Positions 52,747 to 64,000 of a DNA stretch of 64,000 nucleotides are shown here, in pieces. Position 1 is the stretch's first letter. The number at the start of each line of letters is the position of its first letter. The stretch covers positions 38,378,001-38,442,000 of the forward strand of contig NC_043005.1 of assembly GCF_006345805.1 (NCBI RefSeq), given 5' to 3'. Position numbers and translations under genes: made by a program. The notes under the pieces are model-generated. The model was given only the letters and a program-made list of their open reading frames with translations, made no database searches and had not been told where the DNA came from. This DNA is from Octopus sinensis (lineage: Eukaryota).

Positions 52747-53646
52747 TTCGAATCTCTCTTTCCATTTTCAGGAACATTGTTTTTACCAGTGAGAAATGTA
52801 TATTGTAAAAAAATGTTGGTTTGAGTCCCGCGGACAGCCTTCCATTTTTTTCTATCCAAAAGATTTTAAATCCAATCTTTACACGCTGTTATTTATAGCT
52901 TTATCTGTTTCGAGATTAACCATTTCAAAACTAATGAAAATCTCTGCGACATCTGATGGAACTTTCACGAGAAAACGCTAACCTATCTCCTCTCAAATAA
53001 CTGAACAAAACAATCTCTTAATCAACAACATTAAAGAATAAGAGAGAGGAAATGCTGTAACAGCAGCAATAATACTAGGAATACAGATCAATGGGCGGAC
53101 AGAATTCGAGAGACATCAAACTCACAGTAAAACTGAAAGGAAATTCAATGAATATTGATTTCTAAATTTGCCAAAATTCACGCCGCTTTGTAAAGCGAAA
53201 GGAAGGAGGAAGCTTTGAATAATACTAAATTTCCAAAAATATTAATAGATTTAACTATTGTTTGAAGCGAAGAGATACAGCAATCAAATTTGTGTTAAAA
53301 TAGTTTCTCTCTCTAAAAATATACACAAAATATAAAGTTTTCTATTGATTTCGTTGACGGCAATCGCATGTAATTAAAATGGAGACTGGTTTATTTGAGA
53401 ATCTTACGACTGACATTAGTCGGCAGCCATTAGCAGTAGTAGTTTCACTTTAATAAATTCAATTCGTTTTCAGCCGACTAACGGTTTCCTTTATGATCTC
53501 GCTCTTGTCATTGCACATCCTAGTGAAAGGGAATATGTATTTTTAGAAGCATATGGACAGGGACTAAATTTACTGCCTAATTTGCATTTACTTTAGTCAA
53601 TAAATCACACACCTGCAGAGAATAGCATATAGACACTGCCAAACCG

Positions 53647-53719
<73 letters not shown>

Positions 53720-53947
53720 TACATATATACACACGCACACACACACACACTTATATATGTATATGTATATATATGTATGTATGTATGTAGTATGTATGTA
53801 TGTATGTATGTATGTATGTATGTATGTATGTATGTATGTCTATCTTTCAATCCAATTGTGGTCTTTTGGCACAAATTCACCTGACCATAAATACTATCCT
53901 TTTCTATCTCGCTCTCTTCACACACATATATATATATGCGTGCGTTT

Positions 53948-53986
<39 letters not shown>

Positions 53987-54274
53987 TATGTGTGTGTGTG
54001 TGTGTGCTCTCGTACAACCTATAATTTCGCAGAATATGGTATCGCCGCCAGTTAGAACTAACTTTTTTGGCGCTCTCTCTCACTCAATTTCTTCTTCCAG
54101 CTATCAGCAACGATGATTCTATTCTGTGATCACATTTGTGTACGTATGTCTGTTCACCAAACGACGAGTCGTTGTGTTAGTTCAACCTTTTTATGAATAT
54201 TTTCGATTCCTTTTTGAAAACTTCTAAATTGTGTTGTTCAAAAATATGTTTATCGTTAATCGAACCATTAAGGT

Positions 54275-54480
54275 AGCGAACTGGCAGAACCGTTTGCACG
54301 CTGGGCAAAATGTTTAGCGGCATTCCGTCCGTCTTTGTGTTCTGAACTCAAATCCTGTCAAGGGTGATTTTTGATTTTCATTCTTTCGGGGTCCATGGAA
54401 GAAGTACTATTTGTGCACTGGGGTCGATATAATCGACATTCTCCCATAAAATTGCAACCATTGCGCAAAGATTTGAAAAA
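54275..54480 (+). mobile_element. SINE family B
   Basis: aaggtagcgaactggcagaaccgtttgcacgctgggc. Confidence 0.85.
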
Positions 54481-55164
54481 AATTATCAATCGTTGTTCTT
54501 CAATTCTTACTGTACTTAATTTAGTTTTGGCCATATTCCTGTTGTCAACTATTTCTTGTTCTTATTATTCTTAAAGCCTAAGACACTGAGCACTGCTTCA
54601 GCATAAAGTTTCGTTGATCGCATCCACTTGGTAATTTAAATGTTGATACAGTTTTCTCTCGTTTCAATATGGTATGCAGTAAAACGATTCCCGATATAAA
54701 CTGATGTATGGTGTTACAATACTTAATGTTGCTGTCAAGCTGTTTCCCTCACATTGCGAAATTTCAACTTGACTTTAGCTGACTCTCTGAAATGCAGATA
54801 CGATCATTCAAATTCTGCCAATGCAGATTCATTCACAAAGCTTGTGCCGACATGAAACATTGTAGGAGGCATTTGTTTAAGATGATTCACGGTCAGGTCA
54901 AAACCGAGCTATCACCTCTTTATTGTCAAGTGAAATTTTAGCCATTCCATCATATATTGGTACCAAGTACGTAGTCATGAGAAGAAAAAGAAAAACATAT
55001 ATACGTACACAGCATAACATATATTAATATATTAATACACACGCACGCGCGCACACACACAGATAATATATGCGAAGGGGGTGTATGTATATATGTATAT
55101 ATGCAGTGCTCCAGCATGACCACGGTCACATGACTAAAGTAAAAGAATGCGAGAATGTGAAGAC

Positions 55165-55500
55165 CCCCCCCCTTCGGTCATGAATGATCATGGGATTGCA
55201 TCTAGAAAGTTACCTTCCGAGGTACAAGTCTAAGCAAGGTTGTTTATGGAAGGCCAGCAGTCGCCCATGCATACCACCCTCCATTCTCCACACTACTGAT
55301 ATTATCCAAGGGAAAGGCAAAGGTCGATACAAGCTTGGCACTAGTGATGTCGCAACTCATTTCTACAGTTGTCTTAACTGGAGCAACGTGAAAAAAGGTG
55401 TCTTGCTCAAGAGCACAACACCCAACCCGGTTCGGGAATCGAACTCACAACTTCACAATCGCAAGCTCGACGCTCTAACCACTGAGCCGTGCGCCTTCAT
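55165..55500 (-). mobile_element. SINE family C
   Basis: Homologous to 15465-15792; gagttcgattcccgaacc B-box on the minus strand. Confidence 0.85.
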
Positions 55501-55544
55501 TAAAAGAATGTGTGTCTGTGTGTGTGTGTGTGTGTGTGTGTATA

Positions 55545-55938
55545 CTTTTACATGTTTCAGTCATTTGACTGTGGCCATACTGGAGCACCGCCTTTTGTAC
55601 AGCAAATCGACTCCAGGACTTATTCTTTGTAAGACTATTACTTAATCTATCGGTCTCTTTTGTCGAACCGCTAAGTTACGGGGATGTAAATGCACCAGCA
55701 TCGGTTGTCAAGTGATGTTGTTGGTTGGGAGGGACAAACACAGACACACAAACACACACACACACACACATGTATACACGACGGACTTCTTTCAGTTTTC
55801 GTCTATCAAACCCACTCTTAAGGGTTTCGGTCAGCCCGAGGCTGTAGTAGGAGACACTTGGCCAAGGTTTCACGCAGTAGGACTGAACCCGGAACCATGT
55901 GGTTAGTAAGCAAGCTACGTACAACAAGGCCACTCCTC
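55545..55938 (-). mobile_element. SINE family A
   Basis: Full-length homology. Confidence 0.85.
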
Positions 55939-55959
55939 ATATATCTGGGAAAAAAAGCT

Positions 55960-56230
55960 AAATACCGCTAAGCATTTCGCCCGGTGTGCTAACGTTTCTT
56001 ATTTCTTTACTGCCTACAAGGGGCTACACACAGAGGGGACAAACAAAGACAGACAAACGGATTAAGTCGATTTTATCGACCCCAGTTCGTAACTGGTACT
56101 TATTTAATCGACCCTGAAAGGATGAAAGGCAAAGCCGACCTCGGCGGAATTTGAACTCAGAACGTAGAGGCAGACGAAATACAGCTAAGCATTTCGCCAG
56201 GCGTGCTAACGTTTCTGCCAGCTCGCCGCT
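55960..56230 (-). mobile_element. SINE family B, young subfamily with a different 3' tail and a partial repeat of its own head
   Basis: Tail ccccttgtaggcagtaaagaaataa followed by gaaacgttagcacaccgggcgaaatgcttagcgg. Confidence 0.9.
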
Positions 56231-56360
56231 TTCGTCTCTGTATATATTTTATCTGTGTGTGTTAGAACATATATAATAGTATATATCGGTATATATATAT
56301 TAGATGCAAATATGTGTTTCGTGGGGAGGGAGCAAGTGGATTAAAACTATATATATACAT

Positions 56361-56426
<66 letters not shown>

Positions 56427-56524
56427 ACATAATCATGCATACACACACATGCACATATATATACATACACATATAGATATAGATATATGTATATTTGTAC
56501 AGTATATATACATGATTATATATA

Positions 56525-56912
56525 CTCTTTTACTCTTTTATTTGTTTCAGTCATTTGACTGCGGCCATGCTGGAGCACCGCCTTTAGTCGACCAAATCGA
56601 CCCCGGGACTTATTCTATCGGTCTCTTTTGCCGAACCGCTAAGTGACGGGGACATAAACATACCAGCATCGGTTGTCAAGCAATGCTAGGAGGACAAACA
56701 CAGACACACAAACACACATAAATACACATATATATATACACATATATACGACGGGCTTCTTTCAGTTTCCGTCTACCAAATCCACTCACAAGGTTTTGGT
56801 CGGCCCGGGGCTATAGCAGAAGACACTTGCCCAAGGTGCCACGCAGTGGGACTGAACCCGGAACCATGTGGTTGGTAAGCAAGCTACTTACCACACAGCC
56901 ACTCCTGCGCCT
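56525..56912 (-). mobile_element. SINE family A, young copy
   Basis: Near-identical, small internal deletion. Confidence 0.9.
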
Positions 56913-57514
56913 TATATAAGTATAAATATACATATATATACATATACACGTACATATATATATATATATATATATATACGTTTGTGTGTGTGTGCTTATG
57001 CATGTGTGTATGAATGTATGTGTGTTGGCATTTGGTTATAAAGTCCTGCAGCCACTCTGATAATGTCTGTTTGGCATTGCATCAATTCAAAAGAAATGAA
57101 CTATCAAATTGTCTTATTGACTTTATAAACCAATCAAATAAATATATTTATAGATATCCAACAAAGACACTGTATACCGATTTTTGATATCTCATTAGTA
57201 ATGAATTCTTTCAATTGCGCAATTGTGGCCGCTATTCTTTGTGAAACACGAATTTTTAGACATCCTAATAAAATAAACATGTACTGAAGTTTCATTTTTA
57301 TTGAACTTCACATAAAACCCTCTTGGTTCGTCATAAGATCGTTTGCGTGGTAAGATTTGCTGTGGAAGGATATAAGGGGAAACGTGTGTCTCTTTATCAA
57401 AACTCAATGCTTGACGAAATTCTTTGTTGGTATCTATTGCAAAAGCTTAGATCTACTTGGAGACAAAACTTCCGAGAATTTGCATTGCATGTATATGGTT
57501 ATATGTATGTATAC

Positions 57515-57731
57515 TCTTTACTCTCTTTTACTCTTTTACTTGTTTCAGTCATTTGACTGCGGCCATGCTGGAGCACCGCCTTTAGTCGACCAAATCGACC
57601 CCGGGACTTATTCTTTGTAAGCCCAGTACTTATTCTATCGGTCTCTTTTGCCGAACCGCTAAGTGACGGGGACGTAAACACACCAGCATCGGTTGTCAAG
57701 CAATGCTAGGGGGACAAACACAGACACACAA

Positions 57732-57770
<39 letters not shown>

Positions 57771-57945
57771 CATACATATATACGACAGGCTTCTTTCAGT
57801 TTCCGTCTACCAAATCCACTCACAAGGCATTGGTCGGCCCGGGGCTATAGCAGAAGACACTTGCCCAAGATGCCACGCAGTGGGACTGAACCTGGAACCA
57901 TGTGGTTGGTTAGCAAGCTACTTACCACACAGCCACTCCTGCGCC
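57515..57945 (-). mobile_element. SINE family A, young copy
   Basis: Near-identical to 5790-6178. Confidence 0.9.
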
Positions 57946-58252
57946 TATATGTATGTGTGTGTATGTGTCTGTACGCAAACACACATATACACATTTCGAC
58001 ATACATAGTGGATTGTAAAACAACACACGCCCACAAGAAAACCGAGCACGATCATGATGTAAGAAGCAGACAAACAAATAAATATTATATGGAGTTAGAT
58101 GTATAGATAAATCTAAAACTTAGTGGTAAAAGTGTAGAAAAGTAAAAATGAGGCAATAACATTCAAGGAAAGTATACAATGAAAATAAAATGAGTATAAA
58201 GAAACTAATTGCATCAAATAAAAGGAACAGGAAAAGATCTAACGCTTCGGGT

Positions 58253-58292
<40 letters not shown>

Positions 58293-58415
58293 ATATATAT
58301 ATGCACTGCAGTACATTTTTACAATGTGCAGCTATAAACGTTTGTGACACAGTGTATCTATACATTGCATAATAGGATGAATTATGTGCATATATACAGA
58401 GTATGCTTATATGCG

Positions 58416-58456
<41 letters not shown>

Positions 58457-58555
58457 GAGTTTGATCTGAGAACATAATCTTTTGTGGTGAATGGCGATTT
58501 GACGTCTATATCTAGCATGTTGACTGTCCACTTTTCGTGTTCAGTCCTTAATTGG

Positions 58556-58588
<33 letters not shown>

Positions 58589-59781
58589 ATATATATGTAT
58601 ATATATATTTCAAAATTTGTAGAATTCTATTTGGCTCACGTTATTTCAGACGAATCGATCTGTGAATATTCAAATTTGACACTAGATGCATTGCTTTCAT
58701 CCAATCTCGGAAGGCCACAAAGATCATTGATACCTCCTTTCTTCCTGAGGCGAAAGTTATGACTGAAAACCGTTTTACATTACGCTATGTATACAAGTTT
58801 AAAAACAAAACGTTGAATCGAATAATTTGAATTCATCTAGTTTGTTGGCTAGTAGATGTGAGGAAACCCTACAAAAATTAATAGCTTACATCTGTGTAAC
58901 ATTGAAATTGAAATATGTACGAGCGCTTTACTTTTTTTATAGTAGAATTCAGGATCAAAATCATGTTAATATCAATGTAAACGTTGGCTACATACATGCT
59001 GCTGGCCTGTTCATATTCTTTCAAACATGTGAGCTTAGAACACGAATTGTCTGAAAAGAAAAAATATTTTCCGGTGACGAAATACTACAGTTCCTAGCAT
59101 GTTCACATTCGAATCTGCCGCAGCGTATTAAGAATGAATACGTACATTATTACTTTGGTTCTGTATGTACGTTATGAATTATTAAAACTATTCTTAATTT
59201 TCCACTTACTTATATTCATTTTTCTATAGACAAACACAGTAATTCTCTATACAATTTTCTCTTTCTCTGTAATTTTCAATTCGAAACTATCCCAAGATAA
59301 AATTAGATTCTCTATAAAGTTATAGTTCAATACATTGACAAAATCTGCAGTATGACTTTGTTGAGAAATGCATGTATCTGAGCTATAAGAAAATACACTG
59401 GAGTGTCCCTATTATAGCGTACAGCTGCATCTTGTGACAAACGTTTATAACAGTTCTCTGTAAAAACGTACAACAGCGCTGCAAATATGGAGACACAAAC
59501 TCACGTCTTAATAATCATAAACCCCGCTTCTATCCATCTTAACATATTCATGATCCCCTTTTCTTGACAGAGATATGAAGGTTAAGCTTCTTATTTACTA
59601 ATCTCTATCTAGCACCTACATGCATCCTGTCACATTTTGCCAACCTAATCTACCCCATACTGGATTACAGGTGAGAAAAAGCTGATAAAAGCCTTCCATT
59701 ACAGTTAAAACATTCCATGTCATGTAGTTAACAAAATGCTATAGCTTTTATAATCCGATCCCCTTTCTCTTCTCTGTACAG

Positions 59782-59874
59782 GATGAAACCCCAACAGCAG
59801 CACCTGAAGTAGTTGCAGCACCAGCAGTCGCAGCAGTAATAACTGCAATAATTTGCAAGAATAAGAGATTTTAG
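59782..59874 (+). other. Possible exon of an unidentified host gene (DETPTAAPEVVAAPAVAAV...)
   Basis: Polypyrimidine tract ccctttctcttctctgtacag followed by a short Ala/Pro/Val-rich open frame; no homology recognised. Confidence 0.25.
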
Positions 59875-60489
59875 GTTACCTCGATTTTCATTAAGATTTC
59901 TCTATTTTTTTATGCATATAAACTTTGTGTGTTATATTTCGTTGTTCATTAGTTCTACTGTAGTTTGTATACGTTTATCTGTGTGTCTCAATGTACATGT
60001 GTGTTTGTACATATGGTTGTGTGTATGTCTATGTGTATGTCTGTTTGCAGATAGTTTCATTTATATGTGTACGCCAGTATGTCTGTGTATGTGTATGTAC
60101 GTGTGGAATTGTTGGATTTCTGTTATATCTTTCATTTTTTGATTATTTTAAAAAATTTCTTTCGTCGGGTTAATTTGGAAGATTTTGTAAGGTAGAGATA
60201 TCAAGCTTCTTAAGAACTTTCTTTCTTCTAAGCACTCCACGTCATTTACAATTTTTTTTTGTCTTGTCTTGCTTAGTTATTGTTTTTTTTTCTATATATT
60301 TTAAAATTTATTTTGCTTTTCCATGTAAACCTATTTTCAAAAATAAGGCTGATAACAAGTGATACTATCTCATGCTATCGATGACTTCAATCAATGCATT
60401 AGAAAACTTATGGCAAAAATCAATGTATTCAATATACTTGAGAATTCTTGTTGTTGGTAGTGGTGTTATTGTTATTATCGTTATTATTG

Positions 60490-60774
60490 TTGTTATTATT
60501 CTCATCATCGTCATCGACGTCATCGTCACCATTACCACCACCAACACCACCGCCACCACCACCACCACCACCGCCACCGCCACCGCCGCCACCGCCGCCA
60601 CCGCCGCCACCGCCACCGCCGCCACCACCACCACCACCGCCACCGCCGCCGCCACCACCACCAACAACAACCACAACAACAACAATTCCACCATCACTAA
60701 CAGCACCTCCATCACCAACACCACCTCCATCACCAACAGCACCATCACCATCACCACTACCATCATCGTCGTCG

Positions 60775-60800
<26 letters not shown>
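60490..60800. repeat. Compound trinucleotide block (CAT)/(CAC)/(CGC)/(AAC)
   Basis: Directly visible; gives the poly-G, poly-P and poly-T/A ORFs. Confidence 0.95.
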
Positions 60801-60805
<5 letters not shown>

Positions 60806-61279
60806 TGGCGTCGTCCTAGTCTTCCCGGTCGACATTATCGTTCTGATCGCCATCGTAATCATCCTTTCAGTACACTGATTATTGCTGTGTACTTTCAATA
60901 CCTTACGGAGAGCCACTCTACATATGTAAGGTGTACGCTATATTTTATGGCTTTTTATTTTACATTTATATTTTTATTTTATATTTATATTTTTCCATGC
61001 AATTATTGATATTTTTTCCCAGTAGAGCTATGTCTTGTGTATTCTGTATGTGGAAGATCCGGCATCTAATTTTTTTTTTATATAGAAATAATTTTCTGTA
61101 TATTCTTGAGTGTGTCATATTAGTATTCCTATCATCCTATTGTTTTTGTTCTTCATGATCCAATTTCGAAACAGTTTTGTATCGCTTACTCTCTCCACCA
61201 ACAATGCCCTCCCTCGTCACTCTAGTTAGTCTTAGTGCTGGAACATTTGTTATAGAGACTGGAGATTTTTAGGGATATC

Positions 61280-61680
61280 CCGCTCGAACTGGAAGCCAAG
61301 AGAGCCGTGTCTGCATCGGTGGACGATGTCGCCAGCTTGATGTGGAACGTTCAAGGTTTTTGGTACTATTCTGGAAGAGTTGTAATTCGTAACGTGTGAT
61401 AGATTTAAACGTGAAAAATCGGTATGTTTACTTAGGGAGAGAAATGTATGGAACGGTGGTACTACGGACATGTGATTAGAATGTTTCGAGAAAGAATCGC
61501 AAGACGGATTCTTCAAGCAGAGCCAACCAGTAGGAGACCCGGGGTGGTGGTGGATAATATCTATTGTCTCAGTTAGTCATGCTTGCGAATCCAACCATAT
61601 GGAGGGATGGTGTCTGAGGATTCGACCACGACGACTCCCACCCCACCCGCTAAGAATTAGGCAGAGAAAATGATGAATGG
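61280..61680 (+). mobile_element. Old RTE-clade LINE 3' remnant
   Basis: RWYYGHVIRMFRERIARRILQAEPTSRRPG resembles the RTE WxGHVxRM motif. Confidence 0.75.
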
Positions 61681-62179
61681 GTGAACAGAGGCCTCCCTTG
61701 TTTTTCCTGAAAAAACTTTAATTTAAGAACTCCTGAAAGTATTAGTTTTTACTCATGTTTTAGTTGGATTAAATCTTAAGAAAAGAAAATGAATCTTCTG
61801 TCTCTTTGCCTGACAATTTTATCGAAGGGTAAGATAAAAAGTATGATTCTTATGCCCACCGATAAGTGTTGCTGTTTTCTTTTGTTTCTCCTGTATTGAG
61901 AAATATATATTTTTCGTTATATGTATGAAAGCATAGTATTGTGTACATATATAAGTCCTCAAGTTTTAATTTTTAACTGCATTTTTAAAAGAGTTCCCAA
62001 GGCGACAATTATTATGGATATCGTTTTCAATACTCACGTTCTTATCTCTAATTTTAGATCATTAAATATGGATAACTTCTACACTTCCTTTAAGCATACA
62101 TAATCGTCTGTTAGGATTGATAAAACTTATCAATAGAGACTTCCTGTCCTGATGGTCTTTAACGACAATATCTGATCTG

Positions 62180-62655
62180 TAGTAAAGATTGTTTGCCAAC
62201 ATAATATGGCAGTCCTGGCTTAGGACTAATGTTGCTGTAATTTAGACTCAGGAGACATCTCACGTTGTGAGATTACAAAATAGTAATTTTCTAATTTATA
62301 AATCAGCGACTAGTTGTCACTTTGAAAACGATATATTTCGAACGGGAATTTGGCAGCGCTACCACTAGCCCAACAATTATTCTGTGCTGATGAAGGAAAT
62401 AACCCAGAAGTCGCGATACACAGATATTGCTTTGAGCAGGGTGGGGATACTAGATTCCCTTGTTCGAAAATCTAAGGACACGGATCGTGTCGTATAGCCA
62501 GCTGGAGACGATGTCTCCTGGGGCTAAATTACAGCAACATTAGTCCTAAACCAGGACTGCCATATTATGTTGGCAAACAATCTTTACTACAAAGTACTGT
62601 TGCTGAATATCTCGCGTTGTGAGATTAGAAAGTAGTAATTTTCTAATATTTGATC
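62180..62655. repeat. Mosaic of an ~80-bp inverted repeat and a ~45-bp direct repeat enclosing a hammerhead (PLE pLTR-like)
   Basis: 62180-62258 vs 62510-62592 inverted; 62256-62300 vs 62610-62650 direct. Confidence 0.8.
62381..62424 (+). ncRNA. Minimal hammerhead ribozyme candidate
   Basis: TCTGTG-CTGATGA-AGG-aaataa-CCC-A-GAAG-TCGCGA-TA-CACAGA; palindromic TCGCGA. Confidence 0.7.
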
Positions 62656-64000
62656 TGTTTTAATCCCCTTGTTTCTGTGAATTGTCATATCCTTTTCTAG
62701 TGAACATTTATAACATTACACTCATGTTGGACTTTATCAAACTAGTTCGTGTAATCAACCTAGACACATGATAGGTTCTTCCTGCATACCTTTTTTTCCA
62801 CCCAGTACCATTATATTAATAAGGAACTAGTCAGTTGTTTCCTAAGTCTTAAACACAGACCTGTTTGCTCAATGTGAATAATATGATCATAATCTAAACT
62901 GTAGATTATGATAATTTTAGATTCTAAAGGCTAGATCATCATACTGGACAATATTTAGAAAACATATAGTTCTGGTAGTTAGATGAGACTTCATTTACCA
63001 GCTTTGTCTTTCCAGTAAGAAGCTGCCATCCATTTATTTTCCTATTCTTCTAGCGTGTACTGAAAGTTGATATATCTGGCTGTGCAATATGTCAAAATAA
63101 AAATTGACTAGTGATTTTACATGTTAGAAAAGCTAAGGCTTTTCCTGTTAGCAAATTTGTTCAGAATAAACCTCAGATCACATATTATACTACTCACGTG
63201 GTTGATTGCTGTTTTAATTTCTTCACCTCGAAACATCAGCTATTTTTGTTGTATTAAAATTTCTTTTCAAAAATGGGCTTCCATACTATTTCTAGGTTTT
63301 CTTTAATAATATCTTATCGTATTATAATTTCCTATCATTTGTCCTTCTTTAGAGACTTCAGGGGATTATTTTCAAAAATCTAGTTCTGAAAGCCAGCACT
63401 GTTCAATAATTCTCTACTTTTTCAAATCTTTTAGCTAATCCGAATATTCTTTGTTTCAAGGATATAACCGTTTTTGCTAATTTCCTACATTATCCTTACT
63501 TAGTACAGAATCCTTTTTTTTATGGAAGGATTATCTTGTAACATCTAGGTTATCTTATTTGTTTCGTTGCGCAAGTTACCTATGCTATGTTCAATTTAGC
63601 CTTCCAGTATTCTATTCTATGCTGGTGATTTCTATCTCCTGTAAAAAGACACTGTTTATTTAACCCCGCACTTTCAATTGCTTAGAGAATACATTCAGAG
63701 ATAAGGCAATTTCACTTATATCAGTAAAATTTAAACATCTTGTGATGTCAAATTTCCTTATTACAATGCTTATAACAGCTTTTATTCTTCGTTGATCAAG
63801 AGTTCTTTTTTATTTATATTTATTGGCATCTGTACTTTGTTGATAACATTCAAACATCCTTAGAGTTTTGTGAAAGAGTTGTTTTTGTTCTTTCACATAG
63901 GTTATCATTGTTGTTGTTGTTGTAACTGTTGTTGTTGTAACTGGGTGGCTTCTTAGTGGAAAAGCAAAAATTGTTATCAAAAAGAGCAAGGAATATCTCA

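Noticed and set aside
60365-60916. Poly-Gly, poly-Pro and Thr/Ala ORFs (structural-protein-like)
   Set aside because: Pure trinucleotide repeat open in four frames; no unique coding flank

Overview
AT-rich, repeat-saturated animal genomic DNA. The SINE, LINE and microsatellite complement looks like Octopus/cephalopod DNA (inference from recalled repeat families, not a search). No intact protein-coding gene, rRNA, clearly genuine tRNA gene or CRISPR array is visible, and nearly all ORFs in the supplied track are translated microsatellites or antisense reads of repeats. The window holds about 40 tRNA-headed SINE copies from several families; two internally deleted L1/Tx1-type LINEs (CCHC ORF1 plus APE endonuclease); a nest of R4/Dong-like fragments in (AAT)n tracts; RTE 3' ends; Penelope-like (PLE) GIY-YIG remnants; a decayed DD37D (maT-type) transposon; a Helentron/HINE-like element; and a ~787-bp tandem duplication. 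The most notable signal is a set of sequence-unrelated minimal hammerhead-ribozyme (HHR) motifs at six loci (about 9.9-10.3, 13.2-13.5, 15.3, 22.5, 28.5 and 62.4 kb). Most have palindromic or near-palindromic stem III sequences and sit in inverted or tandem pLTR-like repeats; one lies behind a tRNA-derived Pol III head. All coordinates, alignments and folds were read by eye, so boundaries are approximate.
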